A DNA stretch of 64,000 nucleotides from Eledone cirrhosa (GCA_964016885.1 OZ024743.1:228842001-228906000); one strand, 5' to 3'; positions 26,778-40,630 are shown, counted from the first letter of the stretch. Numbers and translations: made by a program. Notes: generated from the letters alone by a model not told the origin.

Positions 26778-27515
26778 CATCCAATTTTTCATGCTTGCAT
26801 GGGTTTGAAGAGTTTTTCTCGGCACAGCATTTCTCCACACATTACAATCCTTTGTCATCTCCTCTGTGGGTCTCAGTGATTTAAGGTCACTTCTCACAAC
26901 CTCTGCCTAGGTCTTTCTTGATCTACCTCTATTGTGGCTTCCTTCCACTGGAATTTCCTGGCACTCCTTCACCCAACGATTATTGTCCATGCACATCATA
27001 TGTTCAAACCAATGCAGTCTTCTCTTCTGCGCACCACCTTGGATTCCTCGTAAACCTAGCTTCTCCCTCAACTCATCCAAGCTCTGCCTTTCTCTCACAT
27101 TTACATTGCACATCCAATGGAGCATGGTTACCTCATTTCTCTTCAGTCTACATGTCCTCTGCAATCACAGGCCATGTTTCACAACCACACAACATCGTAC
27201 TTCACACACAGGTGTCATACAGTCATCTTTATGTACATAGGGAGAAACTTTTTGTTGTCAACAGTGGGGGTAGCACTCTGAACTTTTTCCATCCTATCTG
27301 TATTCAAGCTAGTATGTTCTCAGAGCACCCTCCTCCATTGCTAATTATGCTGCCTAAATAGTAGAAGCTATCAACCACTTCTATGGGTCTTTCCTGTGAT
27401 TGGACTGGGTGTACCTCACTAGCTATCTTCCCCTTGGTTATCTCCATGCATCTTCTACAAACAAAGTCTTCCCTTCCTGTTAGTCTACTTGTTATCCCAC
27501 TACATCTCTTATATA
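26778..27515 (-). mobile_element. RTE-clade LINE 3' fragment (pseudogenised) with tail
   Basis: KRCSGI..FVCRRC..VVDSFYYLG..GWKKFR..CETW..RRLHWFEHMM..GRSRKT with stops/frameshifts; homologous to 5530-6150. Confidence 0.9.
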
Positions 27516-28318
27516 CATAAAGACTGGCTTCTGCAGTTTCTGTCTACCAATTTCATTCAGAGCAGCATTAGTTAACCTAAGGTTATGGAAGAAGACACAT
27601 GCCAATGTACCATACAGTGGGAATTAACCACAAACTTCATGACTGCAAAGTATACTTAAACACACACACACATGCCTTCATGTTTTTAAAAAAAAAAAAA
27701 GATGTTTGGAATAATTTTGCAGACATTCATAAATAATTTTCCTATTGTGAACAAATATATATATATTTTTTTCATATTTTTGAAGAGACACAAATTCATA
27801 ATGTTTGACTAACAATGAACATATTTATTCATGTGGTTAGTCATCCTTATTAATGCAAACCCTTAATTTATAATATTGGGAGGGGTTGACGACTATTTCC
27901 AAAATAAACAATGGATGTAGGCAGGTAGTGTGCAACAGATAGGATGTACAGTTGACAACATGAAAACAAAGGATGATAGTATAAAGATCCACATCTATGT
28001 CATACCCAGTGTTTGGGTACGGTGCAGGGGGAGGGACTAATTACCCGACCACTGCCACTACCAAAACTATCACTCAATCATAAGTGATTTATAAAAACTA
28101 TATCAACCAAAACACTAGCATAGAAAAGTGATACACACATAATATATATATATAATATATATATATAATATATATATATATTAGAAAGTGAGGTTTTTTT
28201 TACAAAATGAAAAATAACCGAGGTGTCCTACACGAGTGAAAGTATAAAGAAAAAGAGATGAAATCGAAAATGCAACTGGAGTCTTATTTTTTTTAAAAAT
28301 ATATTTATTTATTTGGTT

Positions 28319-28356
28319 CCTTTACCGGTTTCGCAGTTCTTCTGCTTTTCAAAAGG
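28319..28356 (-). ncRNA. Minimal hammerhead ribozyme, U3-A8 core variant
   Basis: Minus CCTT-TTGAAAA-GCAG aagaa CTGC-GAAA-CCGG-TA-AAGG. Confidence 0.6.
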
Positions 28357-28552
28357 TGAGTTGAGATGGAGGGTCTGGGGTTTTTCTCACATCTGATATA
28401 TATATATCACATCTATATATATGCAAAAGTTCTATTTAAATTGTTGGGATACAACAAGCAAATATTTTTATAACTGATATAAAGCACTCGACAAGTATTT
28501 GGAGTAAATATACGATATTAACAAATGGAAACTATATTTATAAAACCATATC

Positions 28553-28617
28553 TATTTTATTATACATATTTCAAGGATACCATGTTAAATTATGGTATGC
28601 CTTCATCAGACAAAATA
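28553..28617 (-). ncRNA. Minimal type-I hammerhead ribozyme (left arm of inverted repeat)
   Basis: Exact reverse complement of 28783-28847. Confidence 0.8.
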
Positions 28618-28782
28618 CAATATATACCAGTTTTATAAATAAACATTGACGTACCCTTTCAAAATGCAACCGTTACTTTTGGAAGACATCAGACATTGGA
28701 AGACATCCTGATGTCTTCCAAAAGTAACGGTTGCATTTTGAAAGGGTACGTCAATGTTTATTTATAAAACTGGTATATATTG

Positions 28783-28847
28783 TATTTTGTCTGATGAAGG
28801 CATACCATAATTTAACATGGTATCCTTGAAATATGTATAATAAAATA
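28783..28847 (+). ncRNA. Minimal type-I hammerhead ribozyme (right arm of inverted repeat)
   Basis: TATTTTGT-CTGATGA-AGGCATACCAT aatttaac ATGGTATCCTT-GAAA-TATGTA-TA-ATAAAATA. Confidence 0.8.
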
Positions 28848-28886
28848 GATATGGTTTTATAAATATAGTTTCCATTTGTTAATATC

Positions 28887-28955
<69 letters not shown>

Positions 28956-29516
28956 AACATATAAACACAGACACACACCACAAACATAAACCCACACACC
29001 AAAAACATAAACACACACATATATATACAGGCACATACACACTGTTAAATCCATAGAAACGTCCATCTCTCTAAACTGATAAAATCATGTGAACAGGAAA
29101 ACATACATAAGGCCAAAGATTGTTTTTCTGTGTGCATATATAATAATAACACATGTGCCTATGTGTATACATGTGCATATTGCAAATATACATATGTACA
29201 CATACATTCACCTATACCTACACAATATACATACAATCATACATACACATGTGCATGTTGTATATATGTGTATATCTACATCTACACATACAATATACTG
29301 TGGCACACACACACATACATACATAAGTACATTGACACACACACATACATATGTACATAGACACACACACAGCCAAGCAACTGTGACTATTGGTGTTACA
29401 TTGACAATCAATTGTGACTATATCAGATGGTCAGCATGACCAATATTACATAGAGAAAACACAAATAAACTCATAGAAATGAGAAGTCACAAACTATTAC
29501 AATACATTAGCTTCCA

Positions 29517-30545
29517 TTGCTGATAATGATGATGGTGGTGGTAGTGGTGGTGATGTTGTTGGTAGTGGTGGTGGTGTTGTTGATGATGGTGGTGGTAGTG
29601 GTGGTGATGTTGTTGGTAGTGGTGGTGGTGATGTTGATGGTGGTAGTGGTGGTGATGTTGTTGGTAGTGGTGGTGGTGTTGTTGATGATGATGTTGTTGG
29701 TAGTGGTGGTGATGTTGTTGGTAGTGGTGGTAGTGATGTTGATGATGATGTTGTTGGTAGTGGTGGTGGTGATGTTGATGATGGTGGTAGTAGTGGTGGT
29801 GATGTTGTTGGTAGTAGTGGTGGTGATGTTGTTGGTGGTAGTGGTGGTGGTGATGTTGATGATGATGATGTTGTTGGTAGTGGTGGTGGTAGTGGTGGTG
29901 GTGGTGGTAGTTATGGTTGTGGCTTTGTGGGGATAGTTGTATTGTAGGTGATGATGGTGGTGGTTTTATTTTGGTGGTAGTGGTGGCTGCAACGTTGTTA
30001 TTGTCACTGTTGCCATTGTTGTAGTGGCATTGTTGTTGGTGGTTTTGCTGCTGTTGAGGGTATTTTTGCATTATTGTTATTGTTGTTGGTGGTGGTGTGA
30101 TGTTGTTAGTGGTTGAGGTGGTAGTGTTGTAGTTGTTAATGGTTTTAATGGTGTTGTTGTTGATTATGTTGTTCATGGTAATGTTGTTAATGTTAGTGTT
30201 GGTGATGGTTAATGGTGTTACTAATGCTGCTGATCAAGGTAGTATTGTTGTTGTTGGAGGTGGTGTCAGTAGTGGTGTTGGTGGTGGTGATGATGTTGTT
30301 TTTGTGGTTGTGGTGGTGGTTGTGGTGGTGGTGGTGGTAGTGGTGGTGGTAGTGGTGACAGTCATTCATCCACAACAGTGACAGAACAGCTATTGTTCTT
30401 AGAAACAATCAATGATGATGATGATGATGATGGCAATGATAATCATGATAATCCTAAAGACGATCATGAAGACAATGATGATGATGTTGATGATATTGGT
30501 GATGGCAATGATGATGATATTGATGATAGCGATGATGATGATGAT
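29517..30545. repeat. Compound trinucleotide repeat (TGG/TGT/TAG/TGA) with higher-order unit, then (GAT)n
   Basis: Recurrent GTAGTGGTGGTGATGTTGTTG unit. Confidence 0.9.
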
Positions 30546-31512
30546 CCTCATCAGTATGTTAGAAGTGGTGGTGATTTCTAACTTTGGCACAAATAGACCC
30601 ACAAACAATTATGCCACCACAACTACTACCACTATTACTGCTACTAACAACAACAACAACAACACAAATATTGTAATTTTCTGAGGAAATTTATCATTAT
30701 TATTATTATTTGTTGTTGTTGTGGTTGTTGTTGTTAACCCTAACCCCACTCTAACCTGGAAGGGGAAGTGAAAAAGGGGGAAGGATGTAAGAAATTAAAT
30801 ACTGCAATGCTTCATGACACATAGAATAGTTATCACTGGTGTATGTGAGAGGTCACTGTAGTGGTTGTAGCAATAGTAATGGTAGTGGTTGGTGATGGTG
30901 GTGGTGGTGTGGTAGTGTTGTCATTGTTGGTGGTGGTGGTGGTGTTGACAGCAGTGGTTGTGGGCTTGGATGGTTGGAGGGTTATTGGGAGTTAGTGGAA
31001 GAGGTGGTGTTGGAGGTAGTGGTATTGGTGGTGGTGTTGGTCATTGCTAAAATCAATGACTAGTCAATAACTACACAAGAGGAAATGGTTACTGCCAAAA
31101 GACTGGAGGAAGGGAATTAATGTTGTTGTTGTTTCTGTAGTTGTGGTGGTGACATTATAGTTGTTTTTGTTGTTGTTGGTGGTGGTGGTGGCAGTGGTGA
31201 TGAACCAAGGGTTATGTCATGTAATAAACCTTAGTAAAAGGACATGAGGGGATGTTGGAAGAATAGGTAGATAAAGGATTTGGATGACTATTATTGTTGC
31301 TGTTATTGCTAACCAGCTTCAATCTTAAAATAACTGACTGGCTGGCAAGCTAGTAAGTTGGTTGGCTGTAATTATTATTGTTGTTGTGTAGCCTTAAGTC
31401 AGTCCTGATCAAGCTGACATATGATCAAAGGTTTTCCAAATGTGACCATCCAGCTTTTGTTTTTTTTCCCCATGACTCAGAACCTTCAGGTTGACATTAT
31501 ATAACATGTTTT

Positions 31513-31630
31513 CTGAGCTCAAATCCTGCCGAGGTTGACTTTGCCTTTCATGCTTACGGGGTCGATAAAATAAAGTACCAGTAATGCACTGGGTAATTGC
31601 TGGCCTTGTGCCTAAAGTAGAAACAATTAT
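31513..31630 (+). mobile_element. 5'-truncated MetaSINE-like copy with 17-bp TSD
   Basis: ATTATATAACATGTTTT at 31496-31512 and 31626-31642. Confidence 0.9.
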
Positions 31631-31784
31631 ATAACATGTTTTAAATTTTTCAATATAGTGTGTAATTTGCCGGAGATTTCGCTGCTATTTCTTGCAGAAT
31701 AGGCATCTACATATACCAGTGGCTCTGACTTTTTCTCTAGTAAAGACCCCCTTTTATTTCAATAAATGTTTCTACGTGTCCCAT

Positions 31785-31980
31785 TTCTCACTGTATAACT
31801 TTCCAGATTGTTATACAGTGAGAATAACAATCAAAAGAGAGAAATGGTTATACAGGTAAATCAAGGTAATAACAAACAAACGCTCAATTTGTTTTGATCG
31901 ATCTCGTTATAAAGAATTTTTCGTTACAACGAATATTTTTTTATACCCCATGAATTTTGTTATAATGAAATTTCACTGTA
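31785..31980. mobile_element. pogo/Tigger-like MITE (relative of 4672-4842)
   Basis: GGTAATAACAAACAAA and GATCTCGTTATAAAGAAT shared in reverse complement; ends GTTATAATGAAATTTCACTG|TA. Confidence 0.55.
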
Positions 31981-32530
31981 TTTAGACAAGAATGGATATC
32001 CAATAGTGTGTCTATATTATGTTGATAAATTTTAAACATAGCTCATGGACTCTTAGTACTAATTTTGTGGACCTCTAGGATTTATGGACACAGGGTATAT
32101 GGACTGACTAAAGATTAGGAACTGTTGACATAGACTCACAGAATTGTTGCTGCTGCTGTTACTGGTGTATAGAAACCAAACATTCCTTGATAAGTAACTT
32201 CATCTTTGAACAACTTATTAGCATGCATGAATGTATACCCAATAGCTGGTGTATATTATGCTGTTTATAACAAACAAATTGAAATTATTATAGAGTGAGA
32301 ATATCAACTGAGAGAGAGAAATAATAAAAATGTTTATACATAGAAAATAATAACCAACATCATCATCATCACTGTTTTACGTCCATTTTTCCACGCTAGT
32401 ATGGGTTGTTAATGTTTATATATATATGTTTTTAACAAACAAATTGAAACTGTTATAGAGTGAGATATCAAACAATGGAGATGAATTGTGAATATTTTTC
32501 TACTTAGAAAACATTATATACCCAATAGTT

Positions 32531-32718
32531 GGTGGATTGGCGGCATCGGTACAGGGTCGGACACCATGCTTTGACACATAGAGTTACGGCCCTTGCCATT
32601 CTGAGTTCAAATCCCGCCAAGGTTAACTTTGCCTTTCATCCTTACGGTGTCGATAAAATAAAGTACCAGTAATGCACTAGGTAATTGCTGGCCTTGTGCC
32701 AAAAGTAGAAACAATTAT
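32531..32718 (+). mobile_element. MetaSINE-like copy with 19-bp TSD
   Basis: ATTATATACCCAATAGTTG at 32513-32531 and 32714-32732. Confidence 0.92.
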
Positions 32719-34186
32719 ATACCCAATAGTTGTTGTATATCCTATTCTCAAGAGACATGTACCCTTAATGTAGTTCTCAGGGAGATTCAGCATGATACAG
32801 TGTGTGAAAAGACTGGCTCTTTCAATTACAGGGAGAATTCATTTTTTTGGGGTTTAGTGAATATGAGGAATGTGAAATAAAGTGTCCTGCTCAAGAATAC
32901 AATATACTGCTAGGAATCAAACTAACAACCTTATGATTATGAGGTAAACACTGTCACCACCAAATCACACCCCTTCAGGCACTTGCACATTTATTTTATG
33001 AGCCGATTGTTTCATTGATGGAATCAACTGGAACATTCATTTCAGAACCAACTGAGGTCAAATACCTGCACGTAAGCATATGCACACAGATTTTTTTCCC
33101 CCATCAGCAACATTTCTTTTAGTTAACAAATGTAACACCACAAGCACATGTGAACCCTCTACAATCAATGTCAGCTTATATGATGCTAATTATTCTAATA
33201 ATTATAATTAATTATAGCTAGACTGAATCGTTAATGCTAGAATAAAAGAGCGAGTTGTTTGAATCCCATTGTAAACAAAGAAGGACTTTTTCTTATGACA
33301 GTCAAAAGCTGTCACCACAAAAAGAACAGTAAATGCCAGAAATTATAAGGAAGGTTGACACATAAAACCTGAAGGCCTACAGAATAGGTTTCAATTTCAC
33401 TGTATTGTCTCTTTAGATAAAGCAAGGAAATATCCTTGAGACTTGTCTGTACAATAGAAAGATGATTCAGTCATGAAATCACCTGTTCTATGGATATGTG
33501 TGTATGCATGCATGTGAGTGTGTATGTGTACTATGTGAGTATGTATGTGAGTACTGTGTGTGTGTGTGTGTGGTCAAAGAAAATTGCTCTAAACTTATGA
33601 AAATTCCTTTAACTCTTTTAATATCAAACTACATGAAACTGCCTCTTATTCTACTATTCAAAGCAATATATTTCAAAATATATTTTTCTAAAAACCTTCC
33701 ATCATAATTTTATTTAAGAAACGTTCTTAAGATAGGTTCCAAATACCAACTTAATAATGAGAAAGTTAGTTATGTTACTAAATTCTTCCAAATTGATTTA
33801 AAAATTACTAGCAATCATTCATTAGAAATATGGTAATAAAAGGGTTAAATGTTTAAAATATCTGGGCCATAAAATAAGAACATTGTTACTTATTACCATT
33901 AGTTTATAAATAAAACTATTGGTTTGAATCCAGTCTGGTGCTGTTTAGGAATGAAAATAGAATACTTAGATGAAACTAAACAAAATATAGTGTAGATATT
34001 AAAATAATGTTCCTATCTAGAAAGAAAGGAACCGAACGTCAGAGTGGACCAAGAAAACTCAGTTTCAACAGCTAATATTACATGCTGGTCACAACCCTGA
34101 ATTTTCTACTACAGGGTGTGACATCATATGACCCGCTCCACTTTATCAAATATTCAATTTAATTATAAAAATGTGTATAAAACCTA

Positions 34187-34407
34187 TCCTTTAACATTTA
34201 AACTAGCCATATCCAACCAGAATTCTCTCATCTCTTTCTGTTCAAACCGGCCATAACTTGCCTCTTGTACTGATATTAAGGTATTGTTCTCAAAGTAAAT
34301 GACATCAAAATCTCATAGATTCGATATTATATGAGATATTACATGAGGTAAAGCCTTTACTGTGAAAATATAATAGTAAATATAGAGTAATGCCAATGCT
34401 AAAGGTT
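34187..34407. mobile_element. piggyBac-like MITE (same family as 18424)
   Basis: Colinear with 18424-18630; decayed ends. Confidence 0.75.
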
Positions 34408-35192
34408 CAATAATGTACCTACGTGGCTGCATAGTTGGCCTAATAGTAGAGCTATCCCTGGGTAGTAATATATAAAGTATGTCTAAATCAATTACTCTCA
34501 GAAAGTAAGAATTTTTGTGTTTTTTTGTAAGGCTAAAATGATTCTTTCATAATGTCAGTGCTTCAGTTTCAAAACCCAGTCTCAAATCAAGTCACTTGCC
34601 AAACAAGAACAACTTTGAAACACTAAAAAAAAAAAAAAAAAAATTCAATAGACTCTTTTCATACTTCAATCCTCAAGATAGTTGATATTGCTTTCATTAT
34701 ATATATGTTTTTTATTTTGGTTTCATCAGCAACATCTCTAAAGTTTATGTTTTATGTTTATAGAATTCCCCCTATATATCTATCTATTTCTTTATTTATT
34801 GATAAACATTATAGTGACATAGTAGCTCTTAAATTATCAAACAATAACAAACAGAACAGCTGGTGTAAGTGTTGGACCTTCGTTGGTTCCAACGATGAGT
34901 GTTCCATTTTTGTTTAATTTGAATGCCTCAGAAGCACTGAAATAAACTAGGTCTGACAAACAAGTTTAATGGCTGAATGAAATGAAGGCAATTTCATCCA
35001 CTAAGTAATTAAGGTGTGTACTATTTTGAAAATAATCAGAGATTCATGATATAGGTTCTACTAATTATAGTAACACTTTTCCTCAAGGGGCACTTTAATC
35101 TCACGTAGGAAAGTAGTATATAATCTATAGGCATTTTCCTAGTCCAAACTGAGTAATCAATATTAATTTTGTGTATATGTCTGTCAGTATAA

Positions 35193-35252
<60 letters not shown>

Positions 35253-35254
35253 TA

Positions 35255-35422
35255 TCATCATCATCACCGTTTTACGTCTGTTCGTCCACGCTAGCATGGG
35301 TTAGACGGGTTGTCCTGTTGTGGGCAGTGGCCGGTCGGCTGACCATGCCATGCACATACGGGAACTGATTCTGGCTTGATTTCTACAGCTGGATGCCCTT
35401 CCTAAAACCAACCTCATTTACA

Positions 35423-35425
<3 letters not shown>
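35255..35425 (-). mobile_element. Non-autonomous RTE-tailed element fragment
   Basis: (CAT)n CACCGTTTTACGTC..GCTAGCATGGGTTAGACGGG..GGATGCCCTTCCTAA. Confidence 0.75.
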
Positions 35426-35462
<37 letters not shown>

Positions 35463-35856
35463 CATACATTATGTTTTATACTGTATACCCTTCAGAAACA
35501 CAGGGAAAATTTGAAATGAAGTCTTCTTAAAATTTATAGGATGACCCTCTATCAATTTCAACAATGAGTGTTCTAGTTATTTCATCAATGGGACAGTCTA
35601 CCAACTTTTGAAATTATTGTGTAATTGATTCAGCATTCCAGTCAACTGTACTATTAATATAATTCTTGAGGAAATTCAGTGTGACACAGTATAGGACTAG
35701 ATAGACCATTTCAATTTCAGGTACAGTTTATTCGATGGGCTTTCAAATAATTTCTGCCTAAGTAATTTCTTTCGGTCAACTTGAGATGCCACGCAGTGCA
35801 ATTGACCTTCTTAATGTCTCAGCCATCCTGCATCCTCAGTCCCTATGTAAATGACT

Positions 35857-36039
35857 ATAATTGTTTCTACTTTAGGCACAAGGCCAGCAATTACCCAGTG
35901 CATTACTGGTACTTTATTTTATCGACCCCGTAAGGTTGAAAGGCAAAGTCAACCTCGGCGGGATTTGAACTCAGATCGTAAAGGGACATAACTATGCTGG
36001 AAAGCATGGCGTCCAACCCTCTACTGATACTGCCAATCC
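35857..36039 (-). mobile_element. MetaSINE-like copy with 9-bp TSD
   Basis: GACTATAAT at 35853-35861 and 36040-36048. Confidence 0.9.
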
Positions 36040-37328
36040 GACTATAATAATAGTTGATCAGGTACAATCAGGTACAATATTCTTGGAGAAGTAAAACATG
36101 GACAGAAACAGCTGCAAGGAACTGAACCTTGCATCTCCCAGATGCTGCACGAATACAATAACGATTATAGTAAGGATGAGATTCATTGTGATCAGTGCAC
36201 CATACAGCTGATTCTGGGAATTGCAGGTACAACTAATATTTCCCCTGCTGTATGGACTGGAGCAGCATGAAATAAAATGTATTGCTCATGAACACAACAT
36301 GCAGCTGGGAATTGAACTCATTACTTTATGATTGAAAGTCAAACATTCTAACCACTAAGCCATGTGTCTGACACAACAAACATATATACATGGTACTTAA
36401 GTTTCCCCACCATCATATTTTATATCTGTATTCAGTATGAAACGTGTAAACTGTTTTATATGTCTATGTCTATTCTGTGTCACTCACTAATGGAATCTGT
36501 CAGAATGAAATAATCCATAACATGGGCTTCCATCTTCTGAAAGTAGTTGGTTCATTAACCAGCCCATGGGACCACATTAATCTTCAAAGTAGATCTTTGA
36601 AACCAAACATCTGACAAGGGCCCAGCTACTAGTTAAACTCTATGACTGACCAAACATTTCTCTCAGTTACATTACTTTACATTAGTTTGTGTTATATTTT
36701 ACTGTATGTATATGTGTGGTTTGTGTATGAATATATGTATGCAGAGAGAAAGAGGGTGTAGAGGGGAAGAAAGAGAGAGAGAGGGCAAACATAAGATTTT
36801 AGTAAATTATAGTAGATATAACATATTTATTTTATATCTTTTTGCTTATACATGAAAAAACATAATTGCATTTTTGAATTGTTTGAAGACAATATTGTTA
36901 AAATAAATATTAAAAAAAGAAGTTAAACATACATAAAAGAAAAACTGAGAAATGCCATATAGATAGTGAATAAAAAAATAAATACCACAAATATATATAT
37001 ATAAATAGCAAATATATATATGTATACAAAATTATAATCCTCATTTATCATTAAGAAAAACAAGAAAAAAATTCCTTTGAGGCATTATTTACAAAGATAC
37101 CCTTAAATAATGTGTAACATAAAAAAATTAAAGAAAATTATCACAATACAATATTTCTAGTTAGCTTAGACTGACAAGGAGATCATTTTCTACCTCTCAG
37201 AAAAAATAAACTGTGGGGTTTTTGGTGGTTTGAAGAGCAATTTTGCGAACCATGATTCTTTGGATGAATTTATCATTGTCGTTTTTACATCCGCTTTTCC
37301 ATGCTGGCATAGGTTGGACAAATATTTA

Positions 37329-37387
<59 letters not shown>

Positions 37388-37637
37388 CGGTAATTTTTCT
37401 AGGTTGTCTCCATTGACTTTTTAAAAAACCAGAATTAGTCATTTAGTTTATGTATTGAGATCCAAACCCATCCTATTTATTGTATAACATGAGATTTCTA
37501 GTAATTTTTTTTTTTGTCATGTATAATGTTTTTAAAGTCTAAAGAAAATTGTCACAAGAATGCTACCAATTAAAATAAAATTTTGCCAGAGATGGATTAG
37601 CAAAATTTAATAAGCAGGGGTTTAGAATAAAACCACA

Positions 37638-37790
37638 GGTGAAGAAATGCCAGGAAATCCCAGTCGAAAGACACTGCAGTAGAAAAAGACCAAGAAAGAC
37701 TTGGACAGATGTTGTGAGAGCTGACCTCAAATCGCTAAGACTCATAGAGGTTTTGACAAAGGAATGCAACAAGTGGAGAGAGTTGTCCCA
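37638..37790 (+). mobile_element. RTE LINE 3' fragment
   Basis: VKKCQEIPVERHCSRKRPRKTWTDVVRADLKSLRL; homologous to 26830-26970. Confidence 0.8.
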
Positions 37791-38233
37791 TTGTGAGACA
37801 AGTCAAATCCTGGGAAATTGTCTTGCTCATACTGGACTGTATCTGGCTTGGTTTCTAAGGCTAGATGACCATTCTAACTCCAACCACATTTACAGCATGG
37901 ACTGGGTACTTTTTGTTGTGTCACTAACACAACAACTTCACAGGGTTGTCTGCCCACGTTTTGTTGTGCCACCAGCATGGCCATTTTACAGGGTGAACTG
38001 AGTGCTTTTGCTGTATCACAATTACGACCGCTTAACGATGGACTGGGCATGTGTTTTTTATTGGCAATACTGGCAACATGACCATCCCCAAATATAATAT
38101 AATATATATATTTATATACATATCCATACACATTTATATACATAACCATATAGACTCATATATATATACGCATTCATGCATATAAATGCGTATACATTCA
38201 CATGCATATATGCTTAAACACCCACAGAGCTGC

Positions 38234-38286
<53 letters not shown>

Positions 38287-40389
38287 ACACAAGGGAGATT
38301 CTCCTAAACTACAAAGGAACTTTACAGAAACCTGGTGATTAATCATTTTCAAGGTAAATGAAAAAAACAAATAATAATAAAATAATAGTATTAATAACAA
38401 TAATAATAATGGACACAATAACAACAGCAACAATAATAATTCTTTCTTGATAAAACTATATACACGTAGGTATATAATAAAAAAGGTAAATTTGTCCTTT
38501 ATTTATCCAGTTCCGCTAAAATGATAAGAAGAATAGAGTTCAATAATGTAACACAGTTGTTTTACCTTTGTGCACGAATGTGTGCATGCATGCACATACA
38601 CATAGGCATATGCTGTATGTGCATATAGCATTGATGTGAGGGAGAGTAAAATAACAAAGCACAACAAAATAAAAGGGAAAGAATGGGAGGGAGTGGGTGT
38701 TTCTTAAATAACAAATACAATGAAATACAAAGAATACCTTTATTTGGAACAGATAAAAAACAACAGGATAATATGAAGTAAAAAATAAAGGTAAGAGGAA
38801 ACAGTAGAATAATATTCTTTGGAACTGAAGACTCATAGATAAGAGAAAATAACTAATCAAAATCTTCCATCTCATAGATAGGTAGCTAGGTAGATATGTA
38901 TCTATGTATGTATACACATACACATTTGTATATATATATATTTATATATATATAAATGTTCAAAACATATAATTCAAAATAGAATCTATTATCAACTTTG
39001 AGATAAGAGAAGGTTGTTCATCATCTTCATCATTTAATGCACACTTTTCCATGTTGGCATGGGTTGTACAAGTCTTCACAGACCAAGTCAGAATATGGTA
39101 AGAGCTATTGTCCTCCCAGATATGCCAGAGAGAGAGCACATCTGGCTCAAATACATTCCAATTTTGTTATGGTTCCTACAGCTGGATGGCCTTCCTATAG
39201 CCAACATTTCATCAAGGAATTAGCACTTCTGAGGTTGTCATGACCTTGATATAACTAAGGAGTCCTATCAACTGTATTTTTGGCATGATTTCTGCTGCTG
39301 GATTATTTTTCAATGGCCAAACATTGTACAGACTATACTAAATGCATTTTATCTTGCCACTAGGGAAATTATTACTCCTTTCACACTACTAAAGAACCAC
39401 TTCATGGTTTCTATGGCTGGATGCCCTTCCTATCACCAACAACTTCACAGTGCCGAATCCAACCTGCTCAGAGAGTTATAAAGTAAAAGAAAGGAAGGGA
39501 AAAACTTTTACTCTGCTTTATAAGTATGTACAAATTGTCAGTTTTAGCGTTGCTCTGCTTCTTTAAACAATTGTTGCTAAGTTTAGTCATTGAATAGGAA
39601 AAAAAATGAAAATACATTAATTCAGATGGATTAAAATAGCGATTTGTCCACTTGTAAATATACTACAAACATTTGAATTAACAATCCATATGAAAGCACA
39701 TAAGCAAGTCATTCTTTAAAATAACAAAACAGCATTATGACTGCATCATATTAACAATTAATATGTCTACCTTAATACTGCAAACTTTCACTGCAATCTT
39801 TCTTCTAATATACTACAAATATTTGAATTAACCTGTTTTAACATATTTTCAGCTATATCATGTTATGATGTTAAAAGGAAAACAAGACACTCTTAAAAAG
39901 TATAAAACAGCACTATGACAGCTTCACATTAACTATCAAAGCCTTTACTCTAAAACTGAATATTTTCACAAGAATCTGTCGACTAATAAAGATACTATAA
40001 ATACTGGAATTCAGAGAGCTGTTTTTAGACATTTTCTGCTAAATCATTACAGGATATTAAGAGCTAATACTTGTCGAAAGCCAAAATAACAACAATGAGG
40101 TTCAGAAAAAATATCAAGTGAAACAACACGCATGGTTGGCAGCTCGAGAGAGCTTGGCGTATGCTCTGTAGAGTTCTAGTGACATTGATTAAAAGGTTAG
40201 ATGCTGTTGAAATAACAAACAGCACAAATAATAATCTAATAAAGATATTTAATGGACACAAGCTAGAAGTGGACAATTTTAATTGAATTTCAATAATTGA
40301 TAATAACAAATAACTAATAATAATAACAACAACAATGATAATTGTAATAGGTGTAGTAATAGTGAGGGAGTGGTCGTGGTGGTGGTGTT

Positions 40390-40488
40390 ACAGCAGCAGC
40401 AGTAGTAGTAGTAGTAGTAGTAGTAGTAGTTGTAGTAGTAGTAGCTGCAGCGGTAGTGGTGTTAATGGTAGTAGCAGTAGTAGCAGTG

Positions 40489-40546
<58 letters not shown>

Positions 40547-40572
40547 CTGCAGCGGTAGCAGTAGTAGCAGTG

Positions 40573-40630
<58 letters not shown>

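Larger units (their letters stand above)
28420..28892. mobile_element. Penelope-like element terminal repeat (pLTR) with inverted duplication
   Basis: 28425-28650 colinear with 53478-53710; perfect 185-bp inverted repeat 28508-28692 / 28708-28892. Confidence 0.8.

Noticed and set aside
29487-30176. His/Gln-rich 229-aa ORF
   Set aside because: Trinucleotide-repeat translation, open on both strands, with no recognisable domain
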